Shown here: positions 1-8,891 of the stretch, piece by piece
Numbering within the stretch: position 1 is the first letter of the stretch
Layout of the letters: each line of letters starts with the position of its first letter
Origin: Nitrospirota bacterium
GTDB taxonomy: Bacteria > Nitrospirota > UBA9217
DNA: 64,000 nucleotides
Assembly (NCBI GenBank): GCA_963663225.1
Contig: OY760142.1
Span: 2,528,001 to 2,592,000 of the forward strand
Direction: 5' to 3'
Translations under genes and position numbers: made by a program
Notes under the pieces: generated by a model
The model's input: only the letters and a program-made list of their open reading frames with translations
Databases searched by the model: none
Told to the model about the DNA's origin: nothing

Positions 1-114
1 CGAGTCTCGATTGACCCAGAGTGTGGGAATTGCGTCTTCTGTTTCCTGCACGGCCAGCAGGGACTGGCTGAAGGCAGATTTCAAATCGTGGATAATGGAG
101 GAATTTGCAGGCAT
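1..114 (-). CDS. nuoC: NADH-quinone oxidoreductase subunit C or fused C/D, N-terminal 38 aa only (runs off the window)
   Basis: Not in ORF track. Manual translation from ATG at 114 gives MPANSSIIHDLKSAFSQSLLAVQETEDAIPTLWVNRDS, resembling the E. coli-type NuoCD N-terminus; directly downstream of nuoA-nuoB. Confidence 0.7.
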   Translation of the reverse strand, partial: MPANSSIIHDLKSAFSQSLLAVQETEDAIPTLWVNRDS

Positions 115-250
115 AAGAATTTCAGAAAACGCCGCAGAAATTATAGTAAAGGCTGCTGCTCTTTTCAACGGAAATCAGGAAAGCCTTCGGTTCCGGGCAT
201 TTCTGTTCTTAATAGCTATTACGTCCTTTGCATGGCAGTAATCGTCTTTG

Positions 251-874
251 TTATACTTCATCCATCGGTCGGAGTATTGCTGCTTTTTCCCGTTCTTCGC
301 GCTTTCTATCCCGCATGGACGGCATTTCCGGCCGCAACACATCCTGTGAACCGGCGACCCAGCTTAAAGGACGCCGCTCCCTGCCGACCTTTTGGTTCAG
401 CAGCAGCAGGCCTTCCATGAACGCGTCAGGACGGGGAGGGCAACCCGGCACATATACGTCCACCGGCAGGAACTTGTCCACACCCTGAACGACGCTGTAG
501 ATATCGTACATTCCTCCGGAATTGGCGCACGAGCCCATGGAGATGACCCAGCGTGGTTCCATCATCTGCTCATACAGCCGCTTGATGACCGGCGCCATCT
601 TGATAAATACCGTTCCGGCAACGATCATCATATCGGCCTCACGCGGCGTGGCACGGATCACTTCCGCGCCGAACCGCGCGACATCATATTTGCTGGTGAG
701 GCTCGTCGCCATCTCAACATAACAACAAGAGAGTCCGAAGTTGAACGGCCAGATGGAGTTCTTTCTTCCCCACGCCACCATGTCGCGAAGTCGCGTGAAA
801 AGCAGATTTTTACGGACGGCATCTTCCAGCATGCCGTCTGCGGTTGCTGTCGGTCCTGCAGGTTGCAACTGCAT
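251..874 (-). CDS. nuoB: NADH-quinone oxidoreductase subunit B
   Basis: [20 protein letters not shown] and YVPGCPPRP motifs (N2 cluster ligands). Confidence 0.97.
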   Translation of the reverse strand: MQLQPAGPTATADGMLEDAVRKNLLFTRLRDMVAWGRKNSIWPFNFGLSCCYVEMATSLTSKYDVARFGAEVIRATPREADMMIVAGTVFIKMAPVIKRLYEQMMEPRWVISMGSCANSGGMYDIYSVVQGVDKFLPVDVYVPGCPPRPDAFMEGLLLLNQKVGRERRPLSWVAGSQDVLRPEMPSMRDRKREEREKAAILRPMDEV

Positions 875-907
875 ATCTGTACAGTCCTTTCATGACCGGG
901 AACAACC

Positions 908-1294
908 TTAGTTCACGGGTTTTCCCCATTCCAGTGCTTTGAGACGCCAAAGATAGACGAGGGCAGCGGCAAGAACGCTGATGAAGATGAGCATCTCTAT
1001 ATAGCCGGGCCATCCTGCTTCCCGGATTGATACTGCCCAGGCAAAGATGAAGACTGCTTCCAGATCGAAAACGACGAAGAACATTGCAAGCAGGTAAAAT
1101 TTGATATCGAAGCGAATGCGTGCGGTTCCGGTGGAACGAATGCCGGATTCGTATGGCTCCGCCGTTTGCTTTTCGCGATGCCGTTCCCCCAGAATGAACG
1201 AGAGCGCAATCATGCCGGTGACCAGAATGATGACCGCTGCGAAATAGACGGCCAGAGGCCATAAGGATGTGTCTGCTTCGGGGCCGTGCAACAT
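908..1294 (-). CDS. nuoA: NADH-quinone oxidoreductase subunit A
   Basis: PYESG, KFYLLAMFFVVFDLE, three TM helices, C-terminal ALEW. Confidence 0.96.
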   Translation of the reverse strand: MLHGPEADTSLWPLAVYFAAVIILVTGMIALSFILGERHREKQTAEPYESGIRSTGTARIRFDIKFYLLAMFFVVFDLEAVFIFAWAVSIREAGWPGYIEMLIFISVLAAALVYLWRLKALEWGKPVN

Positions 1295-1300
1295 GGTAAG

Positions 1301-1328
1301 AGAATATCACAGTAGGAAAGAAAGTCAA
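1301..1328 (-). promoter_or_regulatory. sigma70-type promoter of the nuo operon
   Basis: Minus strand TTGACT-16 nt-TATTCT with TGn extended -10, 6 nt before the nuoA ATG. Confidence 0.55.
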
Positions 1329-1364
1329 GCGTGCAGCAGAGGAAACAGTCCTGAACACAATTGA

Positions 1365-1401
1365 GAAAAAACAAAAAAGCGGGGCAGAGATGCCCCGCTT
1401 T
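1365..1401 (-). terminator. Intrinsic terminator after the octaheme nitrite reductase gene
   Basis: AAAGCGGGGCA-gaga-TGCCCCGCTTT hairpin (1376-1401) followed by T-runs on the minus strand. Confidence 0.8.
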
Positions 1402-1433
1402 GAAAAACTGCTTCGAGATGGTTTTTTTATGGA

Positions 1434-3095
1434 TTATTTTGGCGCCATTGCATCGGCGAGAATTTTGATGCCCTTTTGTGCTTCGTCCACGGATCTGGTG
1501 AGCGACTCCCTGGCCATTTCGGGGTTATGGAAACCGTCGGAATTTTCCGCTGTCCAGTATTCCCAGAGGACGTGTGCCTTCAGATGCTGGTCCTGTGCCT
1601 GCTTGATGGCCTCGGGATTGAGTCCCATTCTTTTAGCTTCCACAATTTTGTCGATGAGGGCAGCAATCCAGAATTCTGCTTTGCGCAATTTGCCTTTTGT
1701 AAAAGCTTTGATCGAGTCGATTGAGTATGCTGCTTGTTCCGGTGTCCAGTTTGCGTGGCACCTGGCCGAGAGGCACGTATCTTTCAACTGTACCCTCGGA
1801 GTGACTGCAAAATGTGAGGTAGAAACCTTGCCTGTCTTCCGGTCCTTTATTTTCGGGGTGTGGCAGTTGTCGCAACTTGCTCCATACCGCGCATGCTTTG
1901 AGTTGTAATACGTTTCCGATTCCGGGTGCTGGGCCTTCCAGAGAAGCCCTCCCGTGAGTGCGTGCTTGAAATCCAGAAAATTGATCTGATTCACATAGTG
2001 ATCATAGAGACCGAAAACGTCCTTGTACGGAATATGGTTTGCCCTGCCGTCTGTCATTTTGACCGTGAATGCCGAGAGATCGGGATTTTTCGTATCATAG
2101 CCCGGATTACAGTTGTATTCAACATGGCACTGACCGCACAGAAGCCGTGAATCGTACGAGTCAAGCAAGGCTATTTTTCTGGTGAAACCTCTCATGCCCA
2201 TATCTATCACGGTAAATCCTGTTCTCTTCGGGTCTTTGTGCCAAAGCGTGTCCGCCTCGGGTCTGGTCAGGGCCTGAATCAGCGCGTCCCGCACAATTCT
2301 CGGCTTTGCCGCGTGCGGATCATGGCAGGTGAAGCAATTCAGTCCGTGCTGTACATCCTTGACCAGTTCGATGACGTTGGATGTCCTCGACCATGTTGCT
2401 CCGGCGCCTGGTTCACCGAGATACGACCATTTCAAAATATGATCCTGGGTCTTGCACTGGAGGCATACGGGATTTGCAGCGACAGCGGTCTGGGGAAGAA
2501 ATGTTTTCTGTTCTTTAATTTCCGGATGCGTGTCTTTGAGAATGTCCCATGCTTTGCCTGTTTCCAGGATATAGTTCCAGCCGTTCTTTCCCTGGAAGCG
2601 GCCGCCGAAGGCTCGATCGACGGCAAAATTATCTATAAGCATATTGACATGGCTTCTGGTTAGGGCATGTTCTTTGGTAAACCCGTGTCCTGCCATCAGT
2701 TTATCCCAGAACGGGTTGGGGGCTCTGTTGGTAAGCTGTGATTTTTCATCACGTGCCGGGCGGTGATACGCTTGCTTCAGGAATGTAGCATACTGGCTGG
2801 TGTGGCACTGACCGCATGCCTTCCAGGACGTATCGGTTACGGGTCTTGTTTCCGGACCGGGGTTTTCCACATGTTTGGCCAGACCTGTGTGGCAGTTTAC
2901 GCAGTTAATCTTTGCATGCGCTCCCATGCTGCGCAACTGTTTTATAGTATCATGGCAGTTATAGCACGTTTCAACTGCGGCAGGTTTTTCCTGTCCCGGT
3001 TTCGCTGCTGAAACAGCCGCCAAGAAAAAAACGGTGCTTAAAACGAGGCCGATGGACATAACCACCACGACGGTTTTTCTTATCATTAGCGTCAT
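1434..3095 (-). CDS. Octaheme cytochrome c nitrite reductase (ONR/TvNiR type, ammonia-forming, NrfA superfamily)
   Basis: Signal peptide; eight heme motifs CYNCH, CVNCH, CGQCH, CLQCK (Lys-ligated active site), CFTCH, CGQCH, CDNCH, CLSARCH; also HVEYNC, KAQHPE and AENSDGFHNP; AGGAGG RBS. Confidence 0.9.
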   Translation of the reverse strand: MTLMIRKTVVVVMSIGLVLSTVFFLAAVSAAKPGQEKPAAVETCYNCHDTIKQLRSMGAHAKINCVNCHTGLAKHVENPGPETRPVTDTSWKACGQCHTSQYATFLKQAYHRPARDEKSQLTNRAPNPFWDKLMAGHGFTKEHALTRSHVNMLIDNFAVDRAFGGRFQGKNGWNYILETGKAWDILKDTHPEIKEQKTFLPQTAVAANPVCLQCKTQDHILKWSYLGEPGAGATWSRTSNVIELVKDVQHGLNCFTCHDPHAAKPRIVRDALIQALTRPEADTLWHKDPKRTGFTVIDMGMRGFTRKIALLDSYDSRLLCGQCHVEYNCNPGYDTKNPDLSAFTVKMTDGRANHIPYKDVFGLYDHYVNQINFLDFKHALTGGLLWKAQHPESETYYNSKHARYGASCDNCHTPKIKDRKTGKVSTSHFAVTPRVQLKDTCLSARCHANWTPEQAAYSIDSIKAFTKGKLRKAEFWIAALIDKIVEAKRMGLNPEAIKQAQDQHLKAHVLWEYWTAENSDGFHNPEMARESLTRSVDEAQKGIKILADAMAPK

Positions 3096-3368
3096 TCCTC
3101 CTTATTATCCAGAGTCGCAGCAGCCGTGAGTGCTGCTGAATTTATCTTGATTTCAAGAGGTGTTTTTGTTCCGAATGCGTGTGTTTATGGCCGTATGCTT
3201 TTTTTTACGTTTATTTGCTACTATAGCATAAATTCATGTTTTTTTTGCGATCGCAAAACGAAAAGACCGCAGATTTTATAATAGAGAGTATTAGTGCCGC
3301 AGAGGAGAAAGGGTTGTGCAGATGCTTTTCGGATATGATGTAATCTTATTTAAAAAGACAATTTTGCC

Positions 3369-3397
3369 TTGACTTTTAAGAGGTTGTACACTATATT
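3369..3397 (+). promoter_or_regulatory. sigma70-type promoter of ihfA
   Basis: TTGACT-17 nt-TATATT upstream of a GAGGAGG RBS. Confidence 0.6.
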
Positions 3398-3419
3398 ATG
3401 CTGCGTAGAGGAGGGGACT

Positions 3420-3710
3420 ATGACCAAGGCAGATATCATCTCGGAAGTATTTGATAAAGTCGGGTTGCCAAAACAGGATGCTGAAGAACTGGTTGAGATG
3501 ATTCTGGATTTGGTCAAGCAGGTCTTAAAAGAAGGGGAGACCGTGAAGCTTTCCGGATTTGGAAACTTCGTGGTCCGGAGCAAAAAATCTCGAAAAGGCC
3601 GCAATCCGAAGACGGGCCAGGAGATCGAGATTACGCCGAGGAAGGTTGTCAGTTTCAGACCGAGCATGATATTCAAAGAGCATGTCATCGAAGCCCCAAC
3701 AGCCGAGTAG
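3420..3710 (+). CDS. ihfA: Integration host factor subunit alpha
   Basis: MTKADI...VKLSGFGNF...GRNPKTGQEIEITPRKVVSFRPS; start moved to ATG 3420 after the RBS. Confidence 0.93.
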   Translation: MTKADIISEVFDKVGLPKQDAEELVEMILDLVKQVLKEGETVKLSGFGNFVVRSKKSRKGRNPKTGQEIEITPRKVVSFRPSMIFKEHVIEAPTAE

Positions 3711-4008
3711 CAAGCTTTTTTATCGAATCGGTGAAGTGAGCCGCATTACCGGTCTCGAACCTCATGTGCTCCGCTACTGGGAGTCTGAATTCCCTCAAAT
3801 CAAGCCGGACAAGCAAAAATCAGGTCAGCGTCTTTACGATCAAAAAGATCTGGATACGATTCTGCGTGTCAAACAGCTGCTTTATAAAGAAGGCTACACC
3901 ATCTCCGGTGCCAGAAAGAAGTTACACAGCAAGGGAGAGCAGGATCTTGGTGCTGTTATCGAAACGGCAAAGAAAGAATTGCGGGAAATACTGGAACTTT
4001 TGAAATAA
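3682..4008 (+). CDS. MerR-family HTH transcriptional regulator (ihfA-associated type)
   Basis: YRIGEVSRITGLEPHVLRYWESEF and GYTISGAR; conserved ihfA-merR-tRNA-Pro context. Confidence 0.9.
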   Translation: MSSKPQQPSSKLFYRIGEVSRITGLEPHVLRYWESEFPQIKPDKQKSGQRLYDQKDLDTILRVKQLLYKEGYTISGARKKLHSKGEQDLGAVIETAKKELREILELLK

Positions 4009-4080
4009 ATAGAGAACAGGCATCAACAGATTCTTTTGCCGTGAATTGATTCTTCATACTAGTGCAATTATTAAAAGATT

Positions 4081-4157
4081 CGGGGCGTGGCGCAGCCTGG
4101 TAGCGCACTCGTTTGGGGTGCGAGTGGTCGGCCGTTCAAATCGGCTCGCCCCGACCA
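4081..4157 (+). tRNA. tRNA-Pro (anticodon GGG)
   Basis: CGGGGCG acceptor stem, D-loop AGCCTGGTA, anticodon arm CTCGT-TTGGGGT-GCGAG, T-loop TTCAAAT, encoded CCA. Confidence 0.97.
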
Positions 4158-4164
4158 TTTTGTT

Positions 4165-4198
4165 AAGTCCGTGAATAACGTATTCACGGACTTTTTTT
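4165..4198 (+). terminator. Intrinsic terminator after tRNA-Pro
   Basis: AAGTCCGTGAATA-acg-TATTCACGGACTT followed by a T-run. Confidence 0.85.
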
Positions 4199-4230
4199 AT
4201 TTGGTTCTTCGTCATATCCGATCTAATCAC

Positions 4231-4259
4231 TTGACTGCTGATTATAAGTTTTATAAACT
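4231..4259 (+). promoter_or_regulatory. Putative sigma70 promoter of the hemerythrin gene
   Basis: TTGACT-17 nt-TAAACT. Confidence 0.4.
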
Positions 4260-4366
4260 TACCGCATATCATTTCGCGTCAACCCCGTACAGATGTTCCG
4301 GCATATTACCGCTCTGTGAGCAACATGCACAAAAATACGGGGGCTCCTGACGAAAGGAGAGTTGAT

Positions 4367-4774
4367 ATGGATTTCATTCGGTGGAAGGACGACTATTCCG
4401 TTCAGGTGAAGGAAATTGATGAGCAACACAAAAAACTCATCAGCCTCATCAACCGCCTGGCTGATGCCATGAAAGTCGGAAAGGGCCGTGACGTTCTGGA
4501 AACCGTGCTGGCGGAAATGGTTGACTATACGGTGTATCATTTTGAAATGGAAGAAAAGCTTTTTCAACAGCACGGCTATCCGGACTACGAAAAGCACAAA
4601 CAGATACATACCGCGTTTGCCGGCAAGGCGCAGGAACTCAAGTCAGCCTTTGACGCTGGAAATACAAAAATCAGCGTTGACGTGATGCTGATTCTCAGCA
4701 ACTGGCTGAACAATCATATTCTGGAAGAAGACAAACGATACGGGCCGTATCTGAACAGTAAGGGGGTACGGTAA
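4367..4774 (+). CDS. Bacteriohemerythrin (single domain)
   Basis: W..DYSV..KEIDEQHKKL, HFEMEE, HKQIH and WLNNHILEED di-iron ligands; AAGGAG RBS before ATG 4367. Confidence 0.93.
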   Translation: MDFIRWKDDYSVQVKEIDEQHKKLISLINRLADAMKVGKGRDVLETVLAEMVDYTVYHFEMEEKLFQQHGYPDYEKHKQIHTAFAGKAQELKSAFDAGNTKISVDVMLILSNWLNNHILEEDKRYGPYLNSKGVR

Positions 4775-4844
4775 GAAGGATGTTTCGGAGAAAAAAGAAG
4801 ACTGAATCAACTGGCAGATCATCCCTCGTCCATTCCTGAATCGA

Positions 4845-7085
4845 TCATATCGCAGTTCCCATTTCTTTCAGCTCTTTAATCCGTTCCTTTGCATAGAGGT
4901 AGCCCGCTTCAACGATCTTATCGATTGCCTCGAATTCCAATAATCCGAACCCTCCGACCGGAGGACAAAAGTTGAAATCCGCGGCCTTTTTGGCGTAAAT
5001 TTCCTTGTTGGCGCTGCCGACCATTATGGTGCGCATCATGATATCGAGAATTCCGGGCAGGATGATCTTCTTTTTAAACGGACTCAGGCGGCTCCAGAGA
5101 ATTTCCGCCTCCGAGGGGATCTCTTTGTAGCAGTCGGGGACTTTCAGATCTTCATCCGGGCTGACATCCACCATGATAACGCGGCCGCCGCAAAGTTCCT
5201 TCATGATGTCGGCGGGGACATTGTTGAAGAGGGCACCGTCGACCAGAAGATTGTTTTTGTCCAGCACCGGTTTTGTAATGCCCGGTAACGCGCCGCTTGC
5301 GCGTACGGATTTTCCGAGAGGGCCGTACCGGTGCACGACCATTTCTGCGGTCGTCAGGTTGCTGGATACGCAGAAATAATTCAGCCACATGTCTTCAATC
5401 TGCGTGTCTCCGCACATGGTGCGTATTACGGAATCCAGTCGTTTGCTTTTTATCAAGGCAATCAAGGGAATCGTAAACTCGCGGAATGGTTTGAGCGCGA
5501 TCGCTTTTTTTTGCTGGTCGATCATGGATCGCCAGTCCAGTCCCATTGCGTATTGAGCGGCGATCATGGAGCCCATACTGGTCCCTCCGATCATGTCGAT
5601 CGGAATGTTAGCTTCGGCGAGAGCGCGGATTACGCCTATATGAGCAAAACCACGCGCACCCCCCCCACCCAGGACGAGCCCGATTGCGTTCCCCGTAAAC
5701 AGGCGCGCCAACCGGTCCATGTCGGCATCGGTATTCCACCGGATATGGTAGTGGGTGTCAACGCATCTTTTGTCCAGCCATGCGCACGTTTTTGAAGGGA
5801 TTCTGCGGCCGTCCGGATGGAGCAGGATCAACGTTCGATGGACACTGCCTCCTGCCGTGTCATGCAAAAGCCATTCTGCTTCTATTTCTCCCGGATTTGG
5901 AGAGTCTGTCGCCTGCCCCAGCGTTATGACGCGGTCCGCATGCTGAAGGCAACGTTTTGTCCAGGGTGTCGGTGTCATATCTGCTTCGTAGATGATGTTC
6001 ATATACTTCGCTTCCTGTTCGTCCAACCAGGCGGCAAGCCTGATGTTGTTGGGAGCCGTCTCCGTTGTCTGCGCCATGCCCTCGATGCCCCAGAGGCGGT
6101 CCAGCCGGTCGCTGCTGATATGGAGCGTTGAACCGAAGTTCGACAGTGCGTCCGAAAATCGGCTTGTAAACGAGGAGAGGGGCACAGTAGGTCCGGCCGG
6201 AATCACGGCGATGTTCAGAGGCTTGTTTCTCTGCTGGGTTACCGCGCTGATTTCCTGCATGCGTTTTATGATGAACTGAATAAAATGCATCATCATCCCC
6301 GGATGTGATGCAATAATCCGTTCAAAGGCATCCCGGGAAAATCTGACCAGATCGCTGTCCCGCACGGCAAAAATACTCGCGGTGCGCTTTTCTCCGGTAA
6401 ACATGGCCATTTCCCCCACGATGGTGCCCCGTCTGATTTCGGCCACTGTCCGTTCAATGCCTGTTTTATCTTTGATGCACACGGACAATCGTCCGCTGAT
6501 AAGAATAAAAAAATCATTGCCATGATCACCCTGATAAAAAAGAGCTTTGCCGCGAGGAAGATGGACCCATTCAATTGCCGATTCTATGGTATTCAGCATT
6601 GTTAAATCGAGCGGTCCGCAAAAAACAGGAAGTATCGCAACCAGTTGATAGCGCCTCAGCCGTCCGCGTATGATTTCCGCGAATTTCTGCAAAACCTCAG
6701 GTCCCTGGTCTGCCAAACGGTCAAAAACAGCTTTGGAGAATTTCATCAGGAGGGAGTTCTGGATGGCGTCCACGGTAGCGGTCCGTACCCCGCCGCTCAA
6801 AAACTGGATTTCGCCGGCGGGCATTCCCGGCTCGATGGTTGCCACCATGACTTCTGATCCTTTTTTATCGACCAGGGTGACGCGCAGTCGACCGGTATAG
6901 ACAAGACAGAAGAACCCCCCCGGATCTCCCATGCGAAACAGATTCTCTCCTTCTTGGAGGTTTATCCATTCGATATCAGGCAGTAAATCTTTTAAAAGGG
7001 AGACACTGAATTGTCCGAAAATATCATGTGATTGCAGAAATGAAAGAACATCATTATCCGATGGGCGGGAAAAACTCTCTTGCAT
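4845..7085 (-). CDS. Tandem cyclic-nucleotide-binding domains plus patatin phospholipase (NTE/RssA-like)
   Basis: Two cNMP domains (GEI...RTATV; GEMA...RTASI); patatin GGGARG, GTSMG and DGA motifs; start at ATG 7085 after GGAGG. Confidence 0.88.
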   Translation of the reverse strand: MQESFSRPSDNDVLSFLQSHDIFGQFSVSLLKDLLPDIEWINLQEGENLFRMGDPGGFFCLVYTGRLRVTLVDKKGSEVMVATIEPGMPAGEIQFLSGGVRTATVDAIQNSLLMKFSKAVFDRLADQGPEVLQKFAEIIRGRLRRYQLVAILPVFCGPLDLTMLNTIESAIEWVHLPRGKALFYQGDHGNDFFILISGRLSVCIKDKTGIERTVAEIRRGTIVGEMAMFTGEKRTASIFAVRDSDLVRFSRDAFERIIASHPGMMMHFIQFIIKRMQEISAVTQQRNKPLNIAVIPAGPTVPLSSFTSRFSDALSNFGSTLHISSDRLDRLWGIEGMAQTTETAPNNIRLAAWLDEQEAKYMNIIYEADMTPTPWTKRCLQHADRVITLGQATDSPNPGEIEAEWLLHDTAGGSVHRTLILLHPDGRRIPSKTCAWLDKRCVDTHYHIRWNTDADMDRLARLFTGNAIGLVLGGGGARGFAHIGVIRALAEANIPIDMIGGTSMGSMIAAQYAMGLDWRSMIDQQKKAIALKPFREFTIPLIALIKSKRLDSVIRTMCGDTQIEDMWLNYFCVSSNLTTAEMVVHRYGPLGKSVRASGALPGITKPVLDKNNLLVDGALFNNVPADIMKELCGGRVIMVDVSPDEDLKVPDCYKEIPSEAEILWSRLSPFKKKIILPGILDIMMRTIMVGSANKEIYAKKAADFNFCPPVGGFGLLEFEAIDKIVEAGYLYAKERIKELKEMGTAI

Positions 7086-7334
7086 GGTACTCGCCTCCTG
7101 AAAGGTTTCTGCGGAAAGTCGCAAGAGCGTACATTAGTGCAGAATTATTCCAATTATAACATACAAGGCTCGGATCACAAACATCTTTTCAGGAAGGTTC
7201 CATACCGTTTGACTATTACCTGCTCTTTTGATAAGCTTCTCAGCATATCGATGTATTTCTGCAGGTGAGAACGCTTTAAGACATAAGAACAGACTCACAT
7301 ATCAGTGTGCACCGGACAAGCAAAAGGAGAGGTC

Positions 7335-7922
7335 ATGCCGAAAAAGATTATTTTTATTCAGGGGAGTCCTCGCAAAAACGGCAATACACGAAGTATGGCA
7401 TCAATTGCCATGGATGCGGCACGGGAACGAGGAGCAGAGGTCACCGAAATTGATGCCTTGACACTGGAGCTTAAAACGCCGGGTTGTACCGGCTGCCAGA
7501 AATGCCAGCAATCGGACAAATTTGAATGCATCATCAAGGATGGAGTGACCAAGGCCGTTGCATCGCTTCCTGAACACGATGTGATCGTATTCGCGACCCC
7601 CCTGTATTGGTGGAGTTATACAGCGCAGATCAAAATACTGGTTGACAGATTATATTCATTGATCAAATTTTCTTCTTCAGGAGAAATGCGGACACCGCTT
7701 ACCGGAAAGATGCTGGCACTTCTTGCCACCGGAGGAGGGCCGGTCGAAAATAATCTTGACGTTTTGGAAAGCCAGTTGAAGAATCCGGCGGATATGCTGG
7801 GTTGCACGTTTGCCTCCTGTATTTTCCCAAATGTACCTCCTGAAGCCGGAACGCTCAAACAGGACGAGTCAGCGGTGAAAAAAGCAAAAGAATTCGGACG
7901 GTCGCTTGCTGCTGCAAAGTAG
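7335..7922 (+). CDS. Flavodoxin-like / iron-sulfur flavoprotein family NAD(P)H-dependent FMN reductase
   Basis: GSPRKNGNT, CTGCQKC...C..KD, ATPLYW; AAGGAGAGG RBS. Confidence 0.85.
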   Translation: MPKKIIFIQGSPRKNGNTRSMASIAMDAARERGAEVTEIDALTLELKTPGCTGCQKCQQSDKFECIIKDGVTKAVASLPEHDVIVFATPLYWWSYTAQIKILVDRLYSLIKFSSSGEMRTPLTGKMLALLATGGGPVENNLDVLESQLKNPADMLGCTFASCIFPNVPPEAGTLKQDESAVKKAKEFGRSLAAAK

Positions 7923-7995
7923 CAGCTGGAGCTTTTTGAACTGTTTTGACTCGTGCATCCGGTTTGCATGAGAGAAACAGTTGCTGCGGTGAAAT

Positions 7996-8316
7996 ATGGA
8001 CAAAGAACAGAATAAAACCGGAAAACAGATTGAAACGGGGAGCAGTGCGTTCGATACCAGAATCAAATGGTCGAAGTTCTGTCTAATGTGGATATCGACC
8101 TCTTCAATATTCATGTTTTATCTCTTTTCCAATATCGTTACCGCCTGTATTGTAGGAGCCTTTACCTGCTGGCTTATTTCGTTTACTTTTATGGGCCCCT
8201 GGCTGGTGCATGGACTCCATTTATTAACGATAGATATCGCAACTGACGATCTGTACAAACTTGGAGCAGCAGCCGGTTTTTTTGCCGGGTTTCTGAAATT
8301 TAAGATTGAAAAATAG
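7996..8316 (+). CDS. Hypothetical small membrane protein
   Basis: 106 aa hydrophobic ORF filling the gap in a co-oriented run; no recognisable motif. Confidence 0.45.
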   Translation: MDKEQNKTGKQIETGSSAFDTRIKWSKFCLMWISTSSIFMFYLFSNIVTACIVGAFTCWLISFTFMGPWLVHGLHLLTIDIATDDLYKLGAAAGFFAGFLKFKIEK

Positions 8317-8341
8317 CATCTCCAATTGGTCTCGCCGACGA

Positions 8342-8818
8342 ATGAAAAGAACTATTATAATCATTCTTCTTTGTGCTTTTGCCGTGTACGCAGCTTCCTG
8401 TCATCGGGAAATCCCTCAGGACAAAATCAGAAAAACAGTAACGACCATTCAGCAGGCAGTGGAACAGAAAGATGTTAAAACAATCATAGGTTTTATCGCA
8501 AAAAATTATAGCGATCCTCGCGGAAATTCCTACGAAACCATAAAAGGTCTGTTGCTTGCATATTTTTACCGCTATCCGAAGATATCCGTATACATACCCA
8601 CTCTCGATGTGATTGCAGATGAAGCTTCTGCAAAAGCAGTTTTTCAGGCCGTATTGACGGGCAGGGGAGGAAGTGATTCCGCGGCAGCCATTCTGCCGGA
8701 ATCGCTCGGCGTATATGCTTTTGAGGTTGCGTTCAGAAAAGAATCAGGAGAATGGATTATATATTCAGCAACGTGGGAGAGGCTGGGAGATGCTCCGGAG
8801 TCTCCCGGCAGGCAGTAA
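8342..8818 (+). CDS. Putative lipoprotein, NTF2-like fold
   Basis: MKRTIIIILLCAFAVYAASC lipobox-like signal; AVEQKDV..I...I...YSD and FRKESGEWII patterns. Confidence 0.65.
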   Translation: MKRTIIIILLCAFAVYAASCHREIPQDKIRKTVTTIQQAVEQKDVKTIIGFIAKNYSDPRGNSYETIKGLLLAYFYRYPKISVYIPTLDVIADEASAKAVFQAVLTGRGGSDSAAAILPESLGVYAFEVAFRKESGEWIIYSATWERLGDAPESPGRQ

Positions 8819-8891
8819 AATGGTTGAAGGTATCATTGCTGCAATTGCATATTCCCGCCAGGTCCTCTGTAAAGCAAAAGGAGAAATTCTT

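Noticed and set aside
4845-7085. CBASS/Pycsar-type defence effector
   Set aside because: No nucleotide cyclase or other defence gene adjacent; the architecture matches NTE-like proteins
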